A stretch of 64,000 nt of DNA, taken from the IMG/VR virus record IMGVR_UViG_3300012344_000386, positions 32,001 through 96,000 of that record. The stretch is one strand, 5' to 3'. Positions 60,326 through 64,000 of the stretch are shown piece by piece (positions within the stretch are counted from its first letter, which is position 1; each line of letters begins with the position of its first letter). The position numbers were made by a program, and so were the translations under genes. The notes beneath the pieces are model-generated. The model saw only the letters and a list, made by a program, of their open reading frames with translations, was not told where the DNA came from and ran no database searches. This stretch comes from a virus (Duplodnaviria; Caudoviricetes).

Positions 60326-60493
60326 TTAATACCAAATTGTTTTATCAGTATCTATTAGTTTCAAATTTTCATTAATAGGAACACCTATTGTTACCTTTGG
60401 ATCTTTCTTTATATTATAGTTATCATAAACAGTCCAAGGCATCTTTACCTGTACTTTATCGGAATTGAATTGATTAGTTTTAATCTGTTTCAT
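60326..60493 (-). CDS. small hypothetical protein (55 aa)
   Basis: Manual translation; AAGACT-N17-TATAAT upstream (60563-60535), hairpin downstream. Confidence 0.55.
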   Translation of the reverse strand: MKQIKTNQFNSDKVQVKMPWTVYDNYNIKKDPKVTIGVPINENLKLIDTDKTIWY

Positions 60494-60561
60494 ATTAATT
60501 ATTATGTAAAATTTATTAGTTTATTATTTTACATATTATAATGAAATTCCAAAATAAAGTC

Positions 60562-60909
60562 TTATGATTTATAAGCACATGTTTTAAAATATTTAATTAA
60601 TTCACAAACTAAAGAATATTCTTGATATTCTTCACATGTTTGAGGATTTGCTAAACATCCTGTTAGCCTATCCATTGTTTTACATTTACAATTTTTACAT
60701 GGTGGATTTTCACATATTTGTTTAATCTTCTCCATTTTTTCAGGAGCAATCATGAGATATTCGCATTTACTCCATTTCTCTCGTTCTGCTTTCCTGCCTG
60801 CATGCCATCCAGCATTATAGATATTTTCCAAAACATGAGTCATACTATTTGTAATATCTGGAGAATATCTATCTATAATTTCTTTTCTTCCTTTTTCTAT
60901 ATTAGACAT
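60562..60909 (-). CDS. Cys-rich hypothetical protein
   Basis: ORF track, 115 aa. Confidence 0.7.
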   Translation of the reverse strand: MSNIEKGRKEIIDRYSPDITNSMTHVLENIYNAGWHAGRKAEREKWSKCEYLMIAPEKMEKIKQICENPPCKNCKCKTMDRLTGCLANPQTCEEYQEYSLVCELIKYFKTCAYKS

Positions 60910-60959
60910 AAACTATATTAAATGTTTATATGTTATATAAAATAATGGTTAATTTGTTT

Positions 60960-61484
60960 TTAGTAAAAGATTTTCGTAATTACCTTATCATACTTCAAAT
61001 TCTTTATGTATCGCGTTATAATTTCTTTTATATATAATTTATCATGTTGACGAATATAACTCAATACAGAGAGATTCTGTGGTATTTCTGAAGACTTTAT
61101 AACTTCATATCCACCTACGCATGAAGACATCTTTATATTTTTATCTTTATCCATGTAAACATAATAATAATCTTCTATTGTAGACGTCGCACATATAAGA
61201 AACCCTATGTCATCGCTATCAAACTTTATATATTTTCCACCGTCTCTGTTTACCTCATTAACAATAAGATTATAATTTGATTTCTTATTTTTCTTTGCAG
61301 ACTCTAAAGATTTATTAAGAATATAATCATAATTAGTTCTCCAATGTTCACATGTTAAACATTTATCTTTTTTAATAATAGAGTAATCATTATATAATAT
61401 ATTCGGATCACAAAAAATATTAGTGTATGGACATTTTGGATATGATTCTTTATTTATATCTATTGATTTATTTACTGTTATCAT
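60960..61484 (-). CDS. hypothetical protein
   Basis: ORF track, 174 aa. Confidence 0.7.
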   Translation of the reverse strand: MITVNKSIDINKESYPKCPYTNIFCDPNILYNDYSIIKKDKCLTCEHWRTNYDYILNKSLESAKKNKKSNYNLIVNEVNRDGGKYIKFDSDDIGFLICATSTIEDYYYVYMDKDKNIKMSSCVGGYEVIKSSEIPQNLSVLSYIRQHDKLYIKEIITRYIKNLKYDKVITKIFY

Positions 61485-61486
61485 GA

Positions 61487-62620
61487 TTAAATAATTTTCT
61501 TTTCTTTAAATTTCTTATATATTATTTTATATATGTCTTCTCTATATTGTTTTATTTTATAATCATAGAAACTTACTATCTATACAGCAATATTATGATA
61601 TTTACTATAATTTTTATATTTTTTATCCATATAATTTTTAATAAAATCCCAATTTATCTAAGTTTTGTTATATATTAAATGATGTTTCTATAATAAATAA
61701 CCTAAATAAAAAATTGGTAATAAATCATTGTTTTCTAAATAACTTTTTAAATCAAACATATAATCTTCAAATTCCTGATAATTTGTTAATATATCTAAAT
61801 CATCATAATTTCTCATAAAATTATATATAGGATTATTTATATTATTAATTACTTTAATATTTTCATCATCATCTTCATGTTGTATATATTTTGTATATTT
61901 TTTTATTTCTGTTGGTGATAATTTATTGATAAATTCAGCTAAACCATTTATGTGTGCATTATGTTCAGTATTAGAGAATAAGTAAACCATCCTATTTAAC
62001 ATATTTTTTGCTAATGGATTTATATCTAACATTATATCATTATCCTTATCAATTCCTATAGTATTTTTTAAATTATTAATATTATTAAACTTTTTAGCAG
62101 AATACATTTCAACAACATGTGTTAATTCATGTTTTAATACAGAATATATAAATTTTTCCATATTAATATAATAAACATTTATATATATTCTTATATGATC
62201 ATTATCTAAATTTATATCATTAGATATAATTCTATTTTCTGTTTTACCATATACATTACTTTTATTAGAATATAAATTTACATATATAGGGTGATCTTTA
62301 TTAATATTAATTGATTTATATATTTTATATGTTTTATGATTATTAACTTTATATATTTTAAAGCAATAATTTGTATATATGTCTTTTCCTAAATTATTTT
62401 TATTATCTTTAATTATTTTTATAATATTATTTAATATCTATTGAGATATACATACTTCATGATATTTTTCATTTAATTTATATAATTCAAAATTTGGAGA
62501 ATGAAATACAGATTCGTAATCTCTTATATCCGTTAAAACACCATTATATGGATGGATTTGCTCTTCTATATTTAAACTTTCTTTTAATCCTTTTGATATT
62601 GCATCTAATATATCATCCAT
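61487..62620 (-). CDS. HExxH zinc-metalloprotease-like protein (377 aa, TAG=Gln)
   Basis: VLKHELTHVVE ... NTEHNAH; fragments 62438 and 61688 in one frame. Confidence 0.7.
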
Positions 62621-62763
62621 TAAATTCTATTTGTTATTAATCATTATTTACTTTAATATTTTATATTTTATTCTATTTATAATAGACTTTTTCTTATACT
62701 TATCATATACATTAAGTAATTAAAAAATTTAGATTTAACATTAACATTTAATTTTAATAAATT

Positions 62764-63564
62764 ATGGCAAAAGTAGAAAAGATGAATGTCGTACTTGCGA
62801 AGGTCGACCATTCTGCATCAGTGTATGCAAAGGAAATTAATGAGTATGCATCTTATTTTAAGAATTCACAAGGCGCATTCCGTGGTGAGAAGAAGACTTA
62901 TGTTCCTCGTGAGGGTTATCCAGAGGATCCTACAAAGAAGGGTGTAACTGCTGTACAGACTACAGTTTCAGAACAGTTGAATTGGTTTAAGGATATTGCT
63001 ACTAATTATCTTAATGAGGTATTTTCAGTTGAAGCTACGAATTCTCTCGGTGCAAAGAAGGTAGAGCTTGTAGTTGATGGTCATTCATTCGGTGAACTAA
63101 CTGCATTGGACCTTATGCGTCTTAAGAGTATTCTTACTTCTAAAGAGTTGGTAACAATGTATGAGAGAATCCCTGTTTATTCAGATTCAGAGATTTGGAC
63201 ACCAACACATAATACAGAATATAATGGTCGAGAGATTCTTGAGAATGAACTTGTAAAGGGTGTTTCCCGTACTACAGAGACAACAGAAGAGATTTTGAAG
63301 GATCCTAATATTGATCCTGCTAATATTCCAGCTAATTATCGTGCGGCGGTTGTTCAACGTAAGAAGACAGTTGAAATCGGTGATTATACATTGCAAAAGT
63401 TTACTGGTGAGTGGTCACAAAAGCAACGTGCTGATTTGCTTGCTCGTCGTAGTAAGTTGCTTAAGGCTGTAATCGCTGCTCTTAAGGAAGTTAATGATCA
63501 AGAAACAGTTGAGTCAAATCTTGATACAAATGCTCTTATTGATTATATCCATTACGGTAAGTAA
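62764..63564 (+). CDS. phage hypothetical protein (likely highly expressed)
   Basis: 266-aa TAG-free ORF with biased codons; TAGACT-N17-TATACA upstream (62683-62711); hairpin at ~63587-63623. Confidence 0.8.
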   Translation: MAKVEKMNVVLAKVDHSASVYAKEINEYASYFKNSQGAFRGEKKTYVPREGYPEDPTKKGVTAVQTTVSEQLNWFKDIATNYLNEVFSVEATNSLGAKKVELVVDGHSFGELTALDLMRLKSILTSKELVTMYERIPVYSDSEIWTPTHNTEYNGREILENELVKGVSRTTETTEEILKDPNIDPANIPANYRAAVVQRKKTVEIGDYTLQKFTGEWSQKQRADLLARRSKLLKAVIAALKEVNDQETVESNLDTNALIDYIHYGK

Positions 63565-63632
63565 TTAATAATATATAATAAAAGTAAAAGAGAATAACTA
63601 TATTGTGTTAGTTATTCTCTTTTTATTTTTAA

Positions 63633-64000
63633 TTAAAGGTCTTCAAAATATTGACATACAATTTTTACACCATTGTTCATCTATGGCATGTCATTTTTAT
63701 TTCCTTTAAAATATTTTTTCCTAACTTGATATATAAATTCCGCATTATTATACGCATTTGTCATAATAGTTTCATTAGCTTTAAATTTTGCTAAATACAG
63801 TTCCGAAACTATATATGATCCGTCTATCTGTTTTGGTCCATTTTCTAAATCTGATAAATTATTATTACTTAATTTAAATGTACCACAAATTCTTGTATTT
63901 TTCATATCTAACTGATATAACATACAATCATGTATTTCACATTGGTCCATTATTAATGATGGACAATATGCTAATGTGGTTAAATATGGACACTCCTATA
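63633..64000 (-). CDS. LRR-like protein, 3' part (continues beyond the window)
   Basis: NNNLSDLENGPKQIDGSY repeat; extended through TAG to TAA at 63633. Confidence 0.6.

Noticed and set aside
862-63396. Short antisense or alternate-frame ORFs in the track (e.g. 862-1140, 13106-13387, 16948-17289, 20620-20925, 42761-43129, 59526-59894)
   Set aside because: They shadow longer, motif-bearing genes and show no recognisable features.
771-63950. Apparent widespread pseudogenisation or fragmented ORFs
   Set aside because: Breaks are almost all in-frame TAG in otherwise intact conserved genes; explained by genetic code 15.
1-64000. tRNA genes, including a CUA suppressor
   Set aside because: No cloverleaf or T-loop GTTCGA context recognised by eye; tRNAscan-SE would be needed to exclude them.

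Overview
This is a very AT-rich segment of a T4-like jumbo/megaphage of Bacteroidetes. It strongly resembles the Prevotella-infecting Lak megaphages (inference). The supplied ORF track is fragmented because TAG is read as Gln (genetic code 15). With TAG=Gln, intact genes appear for gp46/gp47 (SbcCD-like), a gp5-like baseplate spike, TnpB, a MoxR-type AAA ATPase, a ~2070-aa tail-fibre-like protein, a gp15-like protein, large acidic head proteins and a gp23-like major capsid protein. TAG-free genes include nrdG, clpX, a VWA/peptidase, a TROVE/DUF2828-like protein, two Hef-like endonucleases and methyltransferases. Most notable: (1) a transposase-free TnpB plus omega-RNA unit sitting in the 3' end of a uvsY-like gene, where a synonymously recoded copy completes the gene and the other copy lies at the guide position, suggesting RNA-guided homing; (2) a split adenine methyltransferase whose C-terminal specificity region can be swapped by inversion between perfect 76-bp inverted repeats; (3) two related hairpins upstream of the Ro60/TROVE-like gene; (4) a shared N-terminal leader ending in L/I-x-E on many unrelated proteins; (5) three distinct promoter classes. 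All calls come from manual translation and motif recognition; no database searches were run.
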